64,000 bases of DNA, from contig CANQLT010000001.1 of assembly GCA_947624775.1 (NCBI GenBank), positions 2,184 through 66,183 of the forward strand, given 5' to 3'. Positions within the stretch are counted from its first letter, which is position 1. The number at the start of each line of letters is the position of its first letter. The notes under the pieces are model-generated. The model had not been told where the DNA came from, searched no databases, and was given only the letters and a program-made list of their open reading frames with translations. Positions 62,716 to 64,000 of this stretch are shown one piece after another. This DNA is from an uncultured Monoglobus sp. GTDB taxonomy: Bacteria > Bacillota > Clostridia > Monoglobales > Monoglobaceae. Both the position numbers and the translations under genes were made by a program.

Positions 62716-63546
62716 TTAGTTCTCCGCTTCCAAAGCAGGCAATAATTTTGTGATAGGCGCACTTTCGCTTGCTATTATTTTTATATCCATTAACTCGCCT
62801 TCGCTTATCTCAAGCTGTTTTCCTCTTTCGGACGACCAACTGTATCCGTTGACTGCGCTTTCGTCTGTTTTCATTGATAACGCCACAGTTACCATCGGAT
62901 CATCGGTCGAAATATATTTCAAAAGACTTTCATTTGATCCGATTACCCGCATGGCTTCGGACCCGGTGGTTATATAATCATCCACGCTTACGACCGCCGC
63001 CTCCATATGCCCGTAGTTTTGAGCGTCAAACGACGCCGGCGTAACAATCGCTTTCATTCCGACTTGTATCTTCTTTCCGTCCTCGATCGGCAAATATGCT
63101 ATCACAATATCGTCACTTTCCACATCCGGCGTAACTCTGGCAATCAAATCATATTTATTTATTTTGTCGCCAACATTGAAATTAACCGATGTGACAGTGC
63201 CTGTTTGCGTAGAAATAATTTTCGATTCGCTCCCGCTCTCGTTTTTTATCGCGCCGATTACATCACCTTTTACAAGCTTTTTATCCAACACCAATTCGCT
63301 CTCGGTAATTTTTCCGGCATACATCGAATGTATCGGGATCGTGTCATAACCGTTTACAACAATGCCCGTAGCCGTCATGGTCGTCGGCAGGTTTCCGCTA
63401 ACAGACCAAAAAATAAAAGCCGAAATTATCACTGCGACTCCCAAAATCACCAGCCACGACAAAGGCGATGTTATTTTTATTGTTTTATCCAACTGTTCCG
63501 GCGACGAAAGTCTTTCCAGCGCTGATTTTCTAAAAATGCTTCCCAT
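62716..63546 (-). CDS. HlyD-family NHLP bacteriocin-system secretion protein
   Basis: FRKSALERLSSPEQLDK N-terminus, one TM, barrel-sandwich hybrid region. Confidence 0.8.
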   Translation of the reverse strand: MGSIFRKSALERLSSPEQLDKTIKITSPLSWLVILGVAVIISAFIFWSVSGNLPTTMTATGIVVNGYDTIPIHSMYAGKITESELVLDKKLVKGDVIGAIKNESGSESKIISTQTGTVTSVNFNVGDKINKYDLIARVTPDVESDDIVIAYLPIEDGKKIQVGMKAIVTPASFDAQNYGHMEAAVVSVDDYITTGSEAMRVIGSNESLLKYISTDDPMVTVALSMKTDESAVNGYSWSSERGKQLEISEGELMDIKIIASESAPITKLLPALEAEN

Positions 63547-64000
63547 TATATGTAATCCTCCGGTTTAATTTTTTTATTTTTAAAAAAATCAGATAATCTT
63601 TCAAGAGCTCTCTTTGAAATAATGCGCACATTTCCGGCGGTTGTATTTAAAGTGACCGCAATTTCATTGGACTTTTTGTTATAAAAATATTTTAATATTA
63701 TTACTCTTCGCTGTTTTTCGGACAAATACTCGAAAGCGTCCGCGAGAATGTCTCGAAATTCCTGAAGCAGTGCAGCTTGCAGCATCAGATCCTCGTTTTC
63801 GCCTTCTGTTATTGATTCATCATTAATATCGGAAAAAACTTTTCTGTCTCTATAATAATTTTTTAAATGGTTTTCCGTAATCCTAAAAAGCCACGTCTTG
63901 ACCGAGGCCTTTTCAGGATCATATCTATCATAATTTTTAAACGCTTTAAAAAATATATCACTCGTCAGATCCTCGGCAAGACTGTAATTATTAACTTTTT
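63546..64000 (-). CDS. Sigma-70/ECF-family sigma factor, C-terminal part (gene continues past the right edge)
   Basis: The frame is open from nt 64000: ...DLTSDIFFKAFKNYDRYD...WLFRITENHLKNYYR (region 2) ... LSEKQRRVIILKYF...EIAVTLNTTAGNVRIISKRALERL (region 4). Its stop overlaps the HlyD start (TAATG). Confidence 0.8.
   Translation of the reverse strand, partial: KVNNYSLAEDLTSDIFFKAFKNYDRYDPEKASVKTWLFRITENHLKNYYRDRKVFSDINDESITEGENEDLMLQAALLQEFRDILADAFEYLSEKQRRVIILKYFYNKKSNEIAVTLNTTAGNVRIISKRALERLSDFFKNKKIKPEDYI

Overview
This looks like a Clostridia-type (Firmicutes) chromosome segment. Almost everything is on the minus strand; only the tRNA, the integrase and the RyR-domain gene are on plus. 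All domain calls come from motif recognition by eye and need HMM confirmation.

(1) 1-12.5 kb is visibly GC-richer. It holds a de novo purine operon (purL ... purE-purM-purN-IMP cyclohydrolase-purH) interrupted by a salvage block: PNP, a RayT/IS200-like HUH gene, luxS and an MtaD-like deaminase.

(2) tRNA-Arg(CCT) at 12631-12705 has a textbook sigma-A promoter. Downstream of it the DNA turns AT-richer and mosaic.

(3) 12.7-17.2 kb carries a sigma/anti-sigma pair, a flavodoxin, a GH25 lysozyme and two SAM methyltransferases.

(4) 17.5-42.3 kb is one ~25-kb co-directional, tightly packed gene array. A VTC/DUF4956/beta-helix trio is followed by an unusually dense Ser/Thr phospho-signalling cluster. 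That cluster contains 3 Hanks kinases (one a predicted pseudokinase), 3 PP2C phosphatases, 4 FHA proteins, 8 zinc ribbons, RDD modules, one active and one dead trypsin module, and many envelope-binding modules.

(5) 42331-43717 is a tyrosine-recombinase cassette bounded by inverted lox/dif-like core sites. It contains an outward-facing consensus promoter aimed at that array, so it is a candidate phase-variation switch.

(6) 44.2-54.5 kb carries vWA, an S8 protease and a 1257-aa TIR / TM / Asn-Leu heptad coiled coil / propeller-like protein. The TIR gene is co-transcribed with an orphan RsbW/STAS partner-switching pair. A RyR-domain protein and a SpoIIE-type phosphatase are also here.

(7) 54.6-57 kb encodes cell-wall proteins.

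(8) 57-64 kb carries Nif11/TIGR03798-type double-glycine leader peptide genes with the three-gene NHLP-type export set. An ECF-like sigma factor gene runs off the right edge.
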